Both the position numbers and the translations under genes were made by a program. The notes beneath the pieces were generated by a model. That model did not search any database. It saw nothing but the letters and a program-made list of their open reading frames with translations, and had not been told where the DNA came from. 64,000 nucleotides of DNA. Origin: Candidatus Nanohaloarchaea archaeon. GTDB lineage: Archaea; Nanohalarchaeota; Nanosalinia; Nanosalinales; Nanosalinaceae. The stretch is taken from NCBI GenBank assembly GCA_042218325.1, contig JBDGRE010000005.1, forward strand, positions 1 through 64,000. Reading direction: 5' to 3'. This document shows positions 1 through 9,502 of this stretch, piece by piece; position 1 is the first letter of the stretch, and every line of letters begins with the position of its first letter.

Positions 1-73
1 CGGAGCCCGGGATTTGAACCCGGGTCATCACCGTGACAGGGTGATATGATGGGCCGGACTACACCAGCTCCGC
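1..73 (-). tRNA. tRNA-Asp(GTC); last 3' bases lie outside the window
   Basis: Reverse complement GCGGAGCTGGTGTAGTCCGGCCCATCATATCACCCTGTCACGGTGATGACCCGGGTTCAAATCCCGGGCTCCG folds as a cloverleaf; anticodon GTC at 35-37. Confidence 0.95.
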
Positions 74-152
74 GTACGTATGATATCTGAACTGTAGAAT
101 ACCGTTGGAGTGGAATTCTTTTAAACACTTTAAGCCCGCTGTTGGTACCAGG

Positions 153-1340
153 ATGGTAGAGAGATTCGTTATAATAGGCGACGGCGTCGCGGGCGCGACC
201 GCCGCGGAGACTTTGAGAGAAGAAAGCGACGACGCGGAGATAACAGTCCTTACAGATGAATCCGAGCCACTGTACAACCGTATAATGCTGAAGTCGTACA
301 TGAAGGGCCAGCTGCCGCTGCAGTACGTGCGCATGCACGACGAGAACTGGTACGAGAAGAGAGATATCGAACTGGAGCTGGAAACAGAGGTCGTGGACGT
401 CGACACGGGGGACAGGATGGTCGAGACCGGAGCCGGGGAGAGATACGGATACGACCGTCTTTTGGTCGCGACAGGCGGCTCCCCGAGGAAGTTTCCTGAG
501 GATGAGGGATATGAGAACGTTCACTACATTTGGACGATGCACGACGCCGAACGCATAAAGGAAGGGGCGGAGCAGAGCGAGCGCGCAGTAGTGATCGGTG
601 GAGGCCTCCTGGGTATCGACCTTGCGGTCGCGTTCGCCGAGAACGGTGCCGAGGTCGACTACCTGATCCGGGAGGAGAACTGGTGGAGCCGCGGCCTCGA
701 CATGAAGGGGGCGGAGCTTATCCACTCGCGCCTGGAGGAGAAAGGTGTCAATGTGGTGACCGGGACCGAGGTCGAGAAGTTCGAAACATCAGGTAACGAG
801 GTAACAGCCGCTGTTTCAGGAGAGGAGAGGTTCGAGTGCGACACGGTCGCGGTGGCCATCGGCCAGGAGCCGAACTCGGAGTTCATCGACGTGGAAAAAA
901 ACAGTGCGGGCATGATAAAGACCGGCGAGTACCTGGAGACCTCCGCGGAAGGTGTGTTCGCGGCAGGCAACATGGTGGAGTACCGTTCTCCCGTTTTCGA
1001 GCGCCGGATAGTCAACGGAAGCTGGGACCACAGCGAGGCCATGGGCGAGACCGCCGCCCTCAATATGCTAGACGGCAAGCAAGAGTTCGACTACGTCAAC
1101 ACGTACGGCGTCGGCCACTTCGATGTCCAGTTCCTGGCGATCGGCGACTGGAGCGGCGAACCTGTTTCGAAGAGGTACTCGGACAGCGAATACCGGCGCC
1201 TCTTCATCCGCAACGACCGGCTTGTAGGCGCGGTGCTGATTGGCTTCACGAAGGGACAGGAGGAGATACGCCGGATGGTGAAGGAGAAAGAGAGCATCGG
1301 TGAGAGAAAAGAGATGCTCGAGAAAGACTACTGGAGTTAG
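153..1340 (+). CDS. NAD(P)/FAD-dependent oxidoreductase (ferredoxin/rubredoxin reductase-like)
   Basis: GDGVAG FAD motif, LLVATG, GGGLLG NAD motif, VFAAGN; ATG at 153 is the likelier start. Confidence 0.85.
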   Translation: MVERFVIIGDGVAGATAAETLREESDDAEITVLTDESEPLYNRIMLKSYMKGQLPLQYVRMHDENWYEKRDIELELETEVVDVDTGDRMVETGAGERYGYDRLLVATGGSPRKFPEDEGYENVHYIWTMHDAERIKEGAEQSERAVVIGGGLLGIDLAVAFAENGAEVDYLIREENWWSRGLDMKGAELIHSRLEEKGVNVVTGTEVEKFETSGNEVTAAVSGEERFECDTVAVAIGQEPNSEFIDVEKNSAGMIKTGEYLETSAEGVFAAGNMVEYRSPVFERRIVNGSWDHSEAMGETAALNMLDGKQEFDYVNTYGVGHFDVQFLAIGDWSGEPVSKRYSDSEYRRLFIRNDRLVGAVLIGFTKGQEEIRRMVKEKESIGERKEMLEKDYWS

Positions 1341-2437
1341 GCCTTGCCCACAAAGCTGGAGTCTGGCATCACTTCGGACCAAGCATCCGGTAGCTGCTCT
1401 GATAGGACCTTGTCCCAGTCCTTTTTCGAGTTCTTCGCCCTGCCTTCTACATCTTCTGCTACCTCTTCAACACCCTCCCGCGATTTTCGATCGTCCATAC
1501 TTACCATCTGCTGTAGGAAAAGGCTTCTGTCCTCCTCCAGTTTTTCCTGACTCCTGGTGTGTATGCCGCCTTCCGGGTCTATGTTCGCGAGGTATCTTCC
1601 ATGCTGCGGGTGGTATCCTCCTATCAGTTCGTGTGCTTCCCGTTCGTTACGGAAACTGAGTCCAAGTGCATTGCACGTCCCTATGTGCTCTCCTGCCTTC
1701 CGGTGCTCTTCAGGCGACAGGCCGGCGTCGCTGAAGTCATCGGTCAGGAAATCTGCCACGTAAGGAACGGTTTCCTCCACACCCTCCACATCTCGTACAG
1801 CCCCGTAGTCATCCTCAAGTATCCCTGCTTCTGGCCGTATAACTGGTGAAAAATCTATGGAGCTCCTGTCCAGTTGCTCGTGCACCCCACCATCCCGGTA
1901 GAAAGCTGTCAGGAGGTCTATCTCGTGTACCAAGTCGCGGGGGAGCCCTCTACCCTCGAACGCGGTGTCAAGGAATTCATCAATGTACCTCATGGCGTAC
2001 CTCAGCGCCAGCCTCTTCACGTCCGGGTCTTCCTCTGCCGTCGTCCGGTGCTGCTCCGGCGAATGACGGAGTTCCATGAAGGAGGGTGGTTTGCGTTCAC
2101 GGGAGGGATCTATGTCGGTCCGGGGTATGGCCGAGAACTCGTATTTTTCGCCATCTGAAAGAGTCATGAACACGGATATGTCTCCCTCTTCTACGTTCTG
2201 CCAGTAACTTTCCTCTCTTTCCTGGATCTCGGGCCTTACCTGTTTGTCGCCGGAATCATATGCATGCCCGCTTTTCTCGAATCTCTCCTCGTACGGTATC
2301 TGGACGATGTCCAGCACGGGCCGGTACATATGGGAGTAGGCCTCATTGGGGGTGACATCCTCGCTTACGAAACTCTCTCCGTTGATATCCCCGTCAAGCT
2401 GCACCTTGTCAAGGCTCTCGATTTCTGACGGACGCAT
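1337..2437 (-). CDS. Hypothetical protein with a degenerate protein-kinase-like C-terminal region
   Basis: 366-aa acidic ORF; AGEHIGTCNALG...LANIDPE spacing resembles Bud32/RIO/APH kinases. Confidence 0.5.
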   Translation of the reverse strand: MRPSEIESLDKVQLDGDINGESFVSEDVTPNEAYSHMYRPVLDIVQIPYEERFEKSGHAYDSGDKQVRPEIQEREESYWQNVEEGDISVFMTLSDGEKYEFSAIPRTDIDPSRERKPPSFMELRHSPEQHRTTAEEDPDVKRLALRYAMRYIDEFLDTAFEGRGLPRDLVHEIDLLTAFYRDGGVHEQLDRSSIDFSPVIRPEAGILEDDYGAVRDVEGVEETVPYVADFLTDDFSDAGLSPEEHRKAGEHIGTCNALGLSFRNEREAHELIGGYHPQHGRYLANIDPEGGIHTRSQEKLEEDRSLFLQQMVSMDDRKSREGVEEVAEDVEGRAKNSKKDWDKVLSEQLPDAWSEVMPDSSFVGKA

Positions 2438-2476
2438 AGAGGAATGTAATTACTCAAAAGTAAAAAACTTTGTTGT

Positions 2477-3466
2477 TTACTCGACCTCGTCCAGAACATC
2501 GAGGGCCTTGGGTGAGACGAATGCGAGGTCCTGCCAGTCCTTGGTCATCCTCGGGCAGGCGCAGTTGACGTAGATGTCGATACCGTAGCCCTTGTAGTCC
2601 GCCTCGAAGATACGGTCCTCCACGAAGACGTACACGTCCTTGCCGTGTTTCTCCAGCTTCTCCTTCGCTATCTCCACGGCGCGCATGTAGTTCTGGCCTT
2701 TCTTCGAGGAGGTGACGATACCCCATTTCTGCTTGTCCTTATGCTTCATGACCCGGGCGACCTCCGCCTGCATCTCATCCTCCAGCGTGTTCGGCGGCTG
2801 CACCCAAATCCGCCTCTCGTAAGGGTCGACAACGTACACCTTCTTGCCGGTCTCCGAGACCTGCGAGGGATGGAAAGAGCCCGAGCCGAGGAAGACGAAC
2901 GCGTCGACCTTCTCCGCTATGTTGTGCGCCGCGCCCGCATCGCAACCCAGGACCTGGCCCGGCTCCGTCGTCCTCAGACCTGTCTTGCCGTCGACGACCT
3001 CGTAGCCCTTTTCCTCCAGGAACTCGCGGGCCTTATCGGCCCGGTCCATATACTGCGTCACGCCGACCAGACCGATGGTGTCTTCCTCTATCTCCTCGTA
3101 ATGCTCTTCGAGGACCCCCATCAGGTCGCGGTCCTCCCGGTACGGCAGGTAGTAAACGTTCAGGTCGTCCATATTTTGCCCTTCTGGGTGGAGGAACCGT
3201 GTGTGGCCGACGTGGATGAGTGCTTCCGCGCCCATCCGCCCGGCTTTTTCGTCCGCGATTCCGCATGCGCCGAAAGATGAGGAACCTATCATCACGGGCT
3301 CGATATCGTATTCCTTGAGCTGCTGAGCGAACTCTATGAGCTGGGGCTTGATACCGTCAGGTCCCTGGATCCCCACTGTTTCGTAGCCCTGCTCCTTGAT
3401 GTCCTCGAGTATCTCGTCGAAGCTCTCGTAGTTGAACTGGCGCTCTTCCTCCATTTGAGACTGCAT
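2477..3466 (-). CDS. dph2: Diphthamide biosynthesis enzyme Dph2
   Basis: FGACGI, HVGH, GQVLGC, FLGSGSFHP, KKGQ and ACPR motifs (three Fe-S Cys). Confidence 0.92.
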   Translation of the reverse strand: MQSQMEEERQFNYESFDEILEDIKEQGYETVGIQGPDGIKPQLIEFAQQLKEYDIEPVMIGSSSFGACGIADEKAGRMGAEALIHVGHTRFLHPEGQNMDDLNVYYLPYREDRDLMGVLEEHYEEIEEDTIGLVGVTQYMDRADKAREFLEEKGYEVVDGKTGLRTTEPGQVLGCDAGAAHNIAEKVDAFVFLGSGSFHPSQVSETGKKVYVVDPYERRIWVQPPNTLEDEMQAEVARVMKHKDKQKWGIVTSSKKGQNYMRAVEIAKEKLEKHGKDVYVFVEDRIFEADYKGYGIDIYVNCACPRMTKDWQDLAFVSPKALDVLDEVE

Positions 3467-3491
3467 AGAACTTGCATGGGCCGCAATCTTT

Positions 3492-5006
3492 TTAGGTCGA
3501 CAGCTCTCTCAGCCTTTCCAGCATGAATCGGCGCTCCTCTCGCTCAACCATCTTTTCAAGCCGTTCCAGGTCACGGGAAGCCCCGATGGCGTCGAAGCCG
3601 TTCTCCACGGCCTCCCGGACGACGTCCGCGGTAGACCTGTCGACAAGAAGGATTTTTACGTCAGCCTCTATGTACCGCATGGCGCCCTCCAGGCCGTCGC
3701 GTTCCAGTCTTCTCGCATCGAGCACAGCTTTATCCCCTTCAAAACTGAACACCTCTGAGTAGCTGTCGAGGTATCCTGACCTCGGTATCGTTTTCCGCCC
3801 ACCGCTTCCAGAGACGGCGTAGCGGCCGGTGTATGGTGGCGAGAGGTATATCCCGTTACCCGAGTTTATGGGGAGGACTTCGGTCGCCGTGGTGGGCAAA
3901 GGCTCTTCCCGGGTCTTTTCGCCGGTGTCCCGGCTTTCGTCGGGTTCTACCTCACGGGCCCCGAGCGATACACGCAGGCCGTCCTCCAGTCGCCTCCTGA
4001 AGCTGAAGACCGCCGGCCTGTCGTTCTGCCGCGCGAGCTGTGCGTCGCTGGACGTGTAACCGCCTTTCCGGGCTACTATGGCGTCCCTGTACCTGTCCGG
4101 TGGAAGGGTTTCCTCCGAGAAAGCTACCTCCTTGCCTACCTCTCCATCTATCTTGCCCTGTGAAACCCTGATTCCCTCCGTTCCTGGCTTCCCGGCCTCG
4201 AACGGGTTGCTGTTGCCCTGCGGGAAGGCGTCGACGGCGTAGAAACTACCGCGGTTGTACACGAACTTGACGTCAAGGCCTTCCTCCTCGACCTTCCGGG
4301 AGAACTCCTGCAGCTCTTCATGGCTGAAAGGAGGATCAGGCCGCACCTGTTCTTTCTCGTGGTTGCCGCTCAGGTTGTTTCTTGAGACCTTCAACTGCCT
4401 TTCCGGCACCCGTTCCCTTTCCACGCCGTTCTTTACGAGGTAGAACGCCGGGGTGGTTATCCCCTTCTCGAGGGATACACCGAGGCCCTCGACCGTCTCC
4501 ACCAGCCTGTAACCATCTATGTAGTTGGAGATGGCTGCCCCCGAGTAGCCAGGATCCACCATCTGATGTACTATTATAGCGGGGTCGTCGTGCTCGGTGT
4601 TCGCCCTGTAATGCGAGGCTGCGACCTCCTTTATGGCTTTCTCCAGGCTGGAGGCGCCGACGTTAAGCCGGTAGTCGAACACCCCCTGCCGGTCGCCTGA
4701 AACCCTTACAGAAACGCGCTGGCCGTTCCTCTGTCCGCCTACAAGGTTCCGGGCCTTGCCTGATGCCTCCCGGACTTCGGAGCTCATACCTATCTCGCCG
4801 TACGCCTCCTCGATCCGTGAACCGAGGTCTTCCGGGAACTCTTTCTGCTCCAGCTCTCCCGCGGTCTTCGCGCCGCCCGCCAGCTCGGCCATCTCGCTCC
4901 TCTCTATGACGAAGAAGTTAGGTACGTTAAGGCCTTCTATAGAGTCGAGCCTTGCGGCCTTGCCGCCTGCTTCATCTCTGGAAACATCTCCTTTCCACTG
5001 GACCAT
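3492..5006 (-). CDS. Degenerate PEP synthase/PPDK-like protein
   Basis: AGGKA, VPNFFVI, VSVRVS, HQMVDP, GLGVSL; mobile-domain motif GGYTSSDAQLAR lacks the His. Confidence 0.75.
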   Translation of the reverse strand: MVQWKGDVSRDEAGGKAARLDSIEGLNVPNFFVIERSEMAELAGGAKTAGELEQKEFPEDLGSRIEEAYGEIGMSSEVREASGKARNLVGGQRNGQRVSVRVSGDRQGVFDYRLNVGASSLEKAIKEVAASHYRANTEHDDPAIIVHQMVDPGYSGAAISNYIDGYRLVETVEGLGVSLEKGITTPAFYLVKNGVERERVPERQLKVSRNNLSGNHEKEQVRPDPPFSHEELQEFSRKVEEEGLDVKFVYNRGSFYAVDAFPQGNSNPFEAGKPGTEGIRVSQGKIDGEVGKEVAFSEETLPPDRYRDAIVARKGGYTSSDAQLARQNDRPAVFSFRRRLEDGLRVSLGAREVEPDESRDTGEKTREEPLPTTATEVLPINSGNGIYLSPPYTGRYAVSGSGGRKTIPRSGYLDSYSEVFSFEGDKAVLDARRLERDGLEGAMRYIEADVKILLVDRSTADVVREAVENGFDAIGASRDLERLEKMVEREERRFMLERLRELST

Positions 5007-5045
5007 GATAACACAGTCGCGCGGCCGGGTTAAAATTCTATCGGC

Positions 5046-5570
5046 TTACCTGTCCAGTTTGACCCTGAAGCCGACCGGTAGCTTCTTTCCGGCCCTGTCG
5101 AGAGCTTTCCGGGCTTCCTGCACGTCTCCCTCGTCGACGCGGACACGGAAGATGACCTGTTCCTCGTCGACCAAGGCTGCTCTGCCTGTCGGGCGGCCGA
5201 ACGGCTTTCTCATGCCCTCGTAGTACCTGTCAGCTCCCGCGACTCCCGCGAGAGGGTGGTACCTGAGAACGTGGTGCGGGTAAGGCAGCAGCTTGAAATG
5301 GTACTCCTCCTCTGGGTCGAGGACCTTGCTGAGGTAGGAGTTCGCCGCGATGCGTCCAGCCTCCAGAGCCTCCGACCTGATGGCGCAGTCCTCCTCGATT
5401 TCAAGGATAACTGCGGTGTCGAATTCGCCCTTCCGGTTGCCCTGCTCGTACTGTGTGATACGTGGAGCAGGCGCTCCCTTGACGTAATTATCCTTGTCGC
5501 TGGTCTGGGACTGCCTGGTGTAAGGCTGCCCTGGCTTGTCTCTGTAGATGCGTGCTGGACGGTCTCCCAT
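5046..5570 (-). CDS. rpl10e: 50S ribosomal protein uL16 (L10e)
   Basis: ALEAGRIAAN, PYPHHVLR, GADRYYEGMRKPFGRPTG. Confidence 0.95.
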   Translation of the reverse strand: MGDRPARIYRDKPGQPYTRQSQTSDKDNYVKGAPAPRITQYEQGNRKGEFDTAVILEIEEDCAIRSEALEAGRIAANSYLSKVLDPEEEYHFKLLPYPHHVLRYHPLAGVAGADRYYEGMRKPFGRPTGRAALVDEEQVIFRVRVDEGDVQEARKALDRAGKKLPVGFRVKLDR

Positions 5571-5630
5571 GATTATTACCTTTACAGAATCGGTCTGGCT
5601 TAAGTTTTAAATAGGGCGCGGCTGGCGGTA

Positions 5631-6014
5631 CTATCGATACCGCTGCGCGAAGTTTTCCAGAACAGGCTCGTATCCGTGTGAATCCTCGAACGCGTCAACT
5701 ATTTCATCGACCGCCGTAGTATCTCCTCTCTTCCCGTATCGGTCTACTTCGTTCACTGCCAGCCTGAAATCCTGCAGGTACTCTACCTCGTCAGAAATGA
5801 CATCCTCTTCGCCCGCTATGTCCGAGACATCGATATCTCTGCCGGCCAGAAGCGATATCACAAAGTTGTAGGCCTCCGGGTTCCGGACGTACGCCGCGGC
5901 GCTGTCTCTTCCCCATGCCGACGCCGATATATCATCCTTATCAAGCTGGTCTGTGAAATCGTCGAAATCAGACTCCTCCATCCTGAAAGAGACTGTCTTG
6001 TTCTTGTCCGCCAT
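5631..6014 (-). CDS. Hypothetical protein with an N-terminal ribbon-helix-helix-like domain
   Basis: KNKTVSFRMEES...ISASAWGRD CopG-like pattern; ATG at 6014. Confidence 0.55.
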   Translation of the reverse strand: MADKNKTVSFRMEESDFDDFTDQLDKDDISASAWGRDSAAAYVRNPEAYNFVISLLAGRDIDVSDIAGEEDVISDEVEYLQDFRLAVNEVDRYGKRGDTTAVDEIVDAFEDSHGYEPVLENFAQRYR

Positions 6015-6015
6015 C

Positions 6016-6273
6016 CTATTCCCCTGCTGGGTCCTCAAGCGCATCTGCAAGGTATCCTTCTTTGGTTTTGCCCCACTTCAGCTCCTCGTCTCCTTTTTCA
6101 AGGACATGGACGGCGTTCTCTTCGGGTACGAGGTCCTCGACCTCATATCCTTTTACCCATGACTCAAACCTCTCCTCTTTTGTAGCGGCTTCGCCAAAGT
6201 CGTTCTGGCCGAGCCCTTCATCCGCTGCTATGTAGTCTCTGTTGCTACCAGCAACCCTGTATACGTCGATCAT
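6016..6273 (-). CDS. Hypothetical protein
   Basis: Acidic ORF, ATG at 6273, 1 nt upstream of the next gene. Confidence 0.55.
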   Translation of the reverse strand: MIDVYRVAGSNRDYIAADEGLGQNDFGEAATKEERFESWVKGYEVEDLVPEENAVHVLEKGDEELKWGKTKEGYLADALEDPAGE

Positions 6274-6326
6274 GTTATCACGTTGGAACAACAACTTTAT
6301 GAAAAACCGGGTTCGAATCCTGTTAT

Positions 6327-6887
6327 ATGGATGACGACTATCTCGACATACGCGACCTCGCTTGAGGATACAGGGCAGGCGGGGCTGCAGGCTCTATCAT
6401 AGGTTACGCGACATCTGGAGGAGACTTCGGCTCCACTGTTGCAGGAGGTATGGCCGGGCCGGCTGCTGGAGGAGCCCTCAAGTTCGCGCTGGAAGGTTTC
6501 AGGCGCTCGGGGAACTCCACGTATCGGCACCTCGAGCTGCGAGTTCCCTGCAGCGAAAGCCTGGACTACATGGAGGAGTACATGGATATCGACGAGATCG
6601 TCCTGCAGAACTCTGAAGATGTGGAGCTCGCAGGGATGGAAGAGCTGAGAGAGCTGGACATGGCGTTGAGCGCCGAGGGATATACCGTGGAGGTTACCGG
6701 GAGGGATAGCGTAGTAGACCTGGAGTTCAGGACCGTTTACTCGAACAAAGGGCATCCGGAAAGCTTCGAGACACAGAATGTTTCCGTTGCTCCCGGCGAG
6801 GACCTGTGGCTGAAGGTCGATGGCAGCACCGGGGAGTCCTGGGAGAAGACCGTCGAGAGGCTTGAGAGCTCCCAGGACTCTGGATAG
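6327..6887 (+). pseudogene. Glycine-zipper membrane-anchored hypothetical protein with an in-frame TGA at codon 13
   Basis: MDDDYLDIRDLA*GYRAGGAAGSIIGYATSGG... is in frame with ORF 6450-6887; TGA at 6363-6365. Confidence 0.55.
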
Positions 6888-6888
6888 G

Positions 6889-7020
6889 CTACCGCGCAGC
6901 GTGTCTATGTTTCATGCAGTGCTGGTGGCAGTAGCCCTCTCCGGTCTCGTAGAAGTCCCCGCTGAAGAGGACTCTCGTGCCGCACAGAATACAGTCTCCG
7001 ATAGGTAGGCCTGTTTCCAT
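6889..7020 (-). CDS. Small zinc-finger protein (43 aa)
   Basis: METGLPIGDCILCGTRVLFSGDFYETGEGYCHQHCMKHRHAAR; CxxC...HxxC; purine-rich tract before ATG; not in the ORF track. Confidence 0.6.
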   Translation of the reverse strand: METGLPIGDCILCGTRVLFSGDFYETGEGYCHQHCMKHRHAAR

Positions 7021-7135
7021 CCCCTCTCCCCCGTTGGCTGTTTTCCCCGCACCGAATATAAATGATGTGTGTACAGGGTAACATGGGGTTGTGCAGCCGT
7101 GTGTGTTTTAAAATCTGGAAAACGGTTGTTCAAAC

Positions 7136-8398
7136 GTGACTGACCTCAAAATATACCAGATAGGGCTCGGCAGCTTCGGCCGGTACGGCTTCGAGAAACT
7201 GGTCGAGATGCACAACCATCTCGAAGAGGCCGATATCGAGCTCTGCGGCGTCGCGGACAGGGACTTCGACCGGCTCGAGGCCGCGGAGAAGTTCGCGTCG
7301 CGCAACGGCATCGAGCTGGAGACCTTCCACACCGCCCGCGAACTGTACGAGGCGGCGGAACAGGAAGAAGGCGATATCATGATCTACGGTGCCGGGCCCT
7401 CAGAAGTTCACGCTGAGCACATCCACCGCTCACTGGAGAACGGTTTCTACCACCTGACCGAGAAACCGCCATCGATGACTCGTGACGAGCACATCAGGGA
7501 GAAAGAACTCACCAGGAACTCTGATGTGTTCTACAAGGTCGACTTCATAGAGCGCGAGAGCCCGGTCGTACTGGAGGCGCTGGAACTGCTCGAGGGCGAG
7601 GAAATCGACTCTATAAAGGTGTTCAGGGAGAGTTCCGCGGGTGCACAGAAGGCGCTCCAGCCCGTGAAACGCGCCGGTGTCAAGGGAGGCGACGTGCTCG
7701 ACAAGATGGTCCACGAGGTGTACGTACTCGACTTCCTCGAGGCCGCAGGGGGCGAGGCCGAACTGGAACTCAAGGATGCGCGGTCCGACTACTTCATGCC
7801 GAAGAGCCCGGGCTCGGAGAGGTTCATGTCACTTGACGGCGGAGTGTCGAAAGAGCTCGGGCCTGGTACTGCTACAGCACAGACGAAGGCAGTTTTCGAC
7901 TCTTCCGGTACCCGCGTAGAGCTACACTCTGGCTGGCTCGGATTGAGCGGTGAGGCGAGGGACGCGGCCGAAAGGATACAGGAACAGGTAGGCGAGGACG
8001 TGACTGAAACAGGCTATAAGCAGGCAGGAGAAAGCGCGTTCCTCGATGAAGAGGCTCGTTTCTTCATCGTCGAAGGTTCAAGGACCCTGTCCGGCGACAT
8101 GCTGCACAAGAGACTCTACGACCTTGAAACCGGCGAGGAACTGGAGACTGCGGAACTGCTGCACGACCAGCTGTACCGCGTCATCGAGAAGGCAGTGCTG
8201 GCGGCCACAGGAAAAGAGGGAGCGGAAGTAGACGAGAAAGAAACCGATGTCTTCATGAACGGTATATTCGATGTCCGTGACCGGGCGCTGGGGAACGCGG
8301 GTGGATACCTCGAGGAGCTGGAGAAAGCCAACAGCAGGCTGCACGAGATGACAGTAGACAATACGGAAGTGGGGGAAGAAGAGGAGGTGACGGCATGA
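7136..8398 (+). CDS. Gfo/Idh/MocA family oxidoreductase
   Basis: IGLGSFG Rossmann motif, LTEKP, GGDVLDKMVHE. Confidence 0.8.
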   Translation: MTDLKIYQIGLGSFGRYGFEKLVEMHNHLEEADIELCGVADRDFDRLEAAEKFASRNGIELETFHTARELYEAAEQEEGDIMIYGAGPSEVHAEHIHRSLENGFYHLTEKPPSMTRDEHIREKELTRNSDVFYKVDFIERESPVVLEALELLEGEEIDSIKVFRESSAGAQKALQPVKRAGVKGGDVLDKMVHEVYVLDFLEAAGGEAELELKDARSDYFMPKSPGSERFMSLDGGVSKELGPGTATAQTKAVFDSSGTRVELHSGWLGLSGEARDAAERIQEQVGEDVTETGYKQAGESAFLDEEARFFIVEGSRTLSGDMLHKRLYDLETGEELETAELLHDQLYRVIEKAVLAATGKEGAEVDEKETDVFMNGIFDVRDRALGNAGGYLEELEKANSRLHEMTVDNTEVGEEEEVTA

Positions 8399-9498
8399 AA
8401 GCGGTCATCCCTGTGGCGGTGAAGAAGGACTCGATGTTCCCGTTCTGCGAGTCGAAGCCCACCGGCCTGATGCCGGTGATGGGAAAGCCCCTGGTCAAGC
8501 ACCTTATCAACGCGCTCCAGGAGGTAGGTGTCGACGATGTCTACCTTGTCACGAACCACCTCGAGCAGGAGTTCGAGGACGAGTTCGGAGAGTACACAAA
8601 CGTCAATATAGTACACCAGGACGAGCTTTGCGGGACCGCGAGAGCCATCGATTGCTGTGACTTCATTGACGAGGAGTTCATAGCGGTCAACGGCGACGTA
8701 CTCGTCTCGGAAAACGACCTACGGGCTCTTGAGCAGAAGTACCGCGCGTCCGATTGCGAGGCCGTGATGCTCGCGACCAACGAGGACCGTCCGGAGAAGT
8801 TCGGCGTTCTCAGCATCACCAACGATAGGGTATCCTCCATCGAGGAGAAACCCGAGGAGGCGCAGAACACTCTCGTCAACACCGGCATCTACGTGTTCTC
8901 GTCCTCTATCTTCGACTACATCGACCGGCTGGGCGAGGACCAGACCAGCATCACCGACGCGGTCAACCTCGTGGCTAAGGAGGCTTCCGCAAGGTTCGAG
9001 CTGGTAGAGGACTACTGGCTCGATATCGGCACACCCCGGAAGCTGTGGAAGGCCGACAGGCTGAAACGTGAGCACCACATCGACTCCCGGGAAGCCCACG
9101 ATGATGCAGAGGTCTCCGGGAAGGCCGAGCTCCCGGAAGAAGTAAAAATAGAAGAAGGCGCCGAGATAAAGGCCGGTGCGGTCATCGAAGGTCGATGCTA
9201 CATCGGGGAAGACGCGGTGATCGGCCCGAATACCACTGTCCGGGATTCCAGCATCACGGCCGGCTGCGAGCTGAGGAGCTGCGACATCGACTCCTGTCTG
9301 CTGTTTGAGGACACGTTCATCGATTCCTCGGTCTCGATGACCCGTTCAGTCGTCGGCGAGGAGGTCGAGATAAGGCCAGGAACGGTCATCAGGGAGTCCT
9401 ACATCGGGCCGCGAAGCTTCGTAGAGATGAACAACTCGGTGCGCGGCACCCAGTTCGTACCCGACGCCCGGACCGACCTCGGCGAGATATTGAAGTGA
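8395..9498 (+). CDS. Sugar-phosphate nucleotidyltransferase with left-handed beta-helix (GlmU/MPG-like, degenerate signature)
   Basis: KAVIPVA, GKPLVKH, NGD, EEKP, NTGIY, WLDIG, hexapeptide repeats; the usual LAAGxGTR motif is altered. Confidence 0.8.
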   Translation: MKAVIPVAVKKDSMFPFCESKPTGLMPVMGKPLVKHLINALQEVGVDDVYLVTNHLEQEFEDEFGEYTNVNIVHQDELCGTARAIDCCDFIDEEFIAVNGDVLVSENDLRALEQKYRASDCEAVMLATNEDRPEKFGVLSITNDRVSSIEEKPEEAQNTLVNTGIYVFSSSIFDYIDRLGEDQTSITDAVNLVAKEASARFELVEDYWLDIGTPRKLWKADRLKREHHIDSREAHDDAEVSGKAELPEEVKIEEGAEIKAGAVIEGRCYIGEDAVIGPNTTVRDSSITAGCELRSCDIDSCLLFEDTFIDSSVSMTRSVVGEEVEIRPGTVIRESYIGPRSFVEMNNSVRGTQFVPDARTDLGEILK

Positions 9499-9502
9499 TA
9501 GG

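Noticed and set aside
6307-6322. T-arm-like CCGGGTTCGAATCCTG
   Set aside because: Only a 4-bp stem in a divergent promoter with no other tRNA arms; could be chance.
6363-6365. Selenocysteine TGA
   Set aside because: Gly-rich context (likely GGA to TGA), no redox motif and no SECIS seen.
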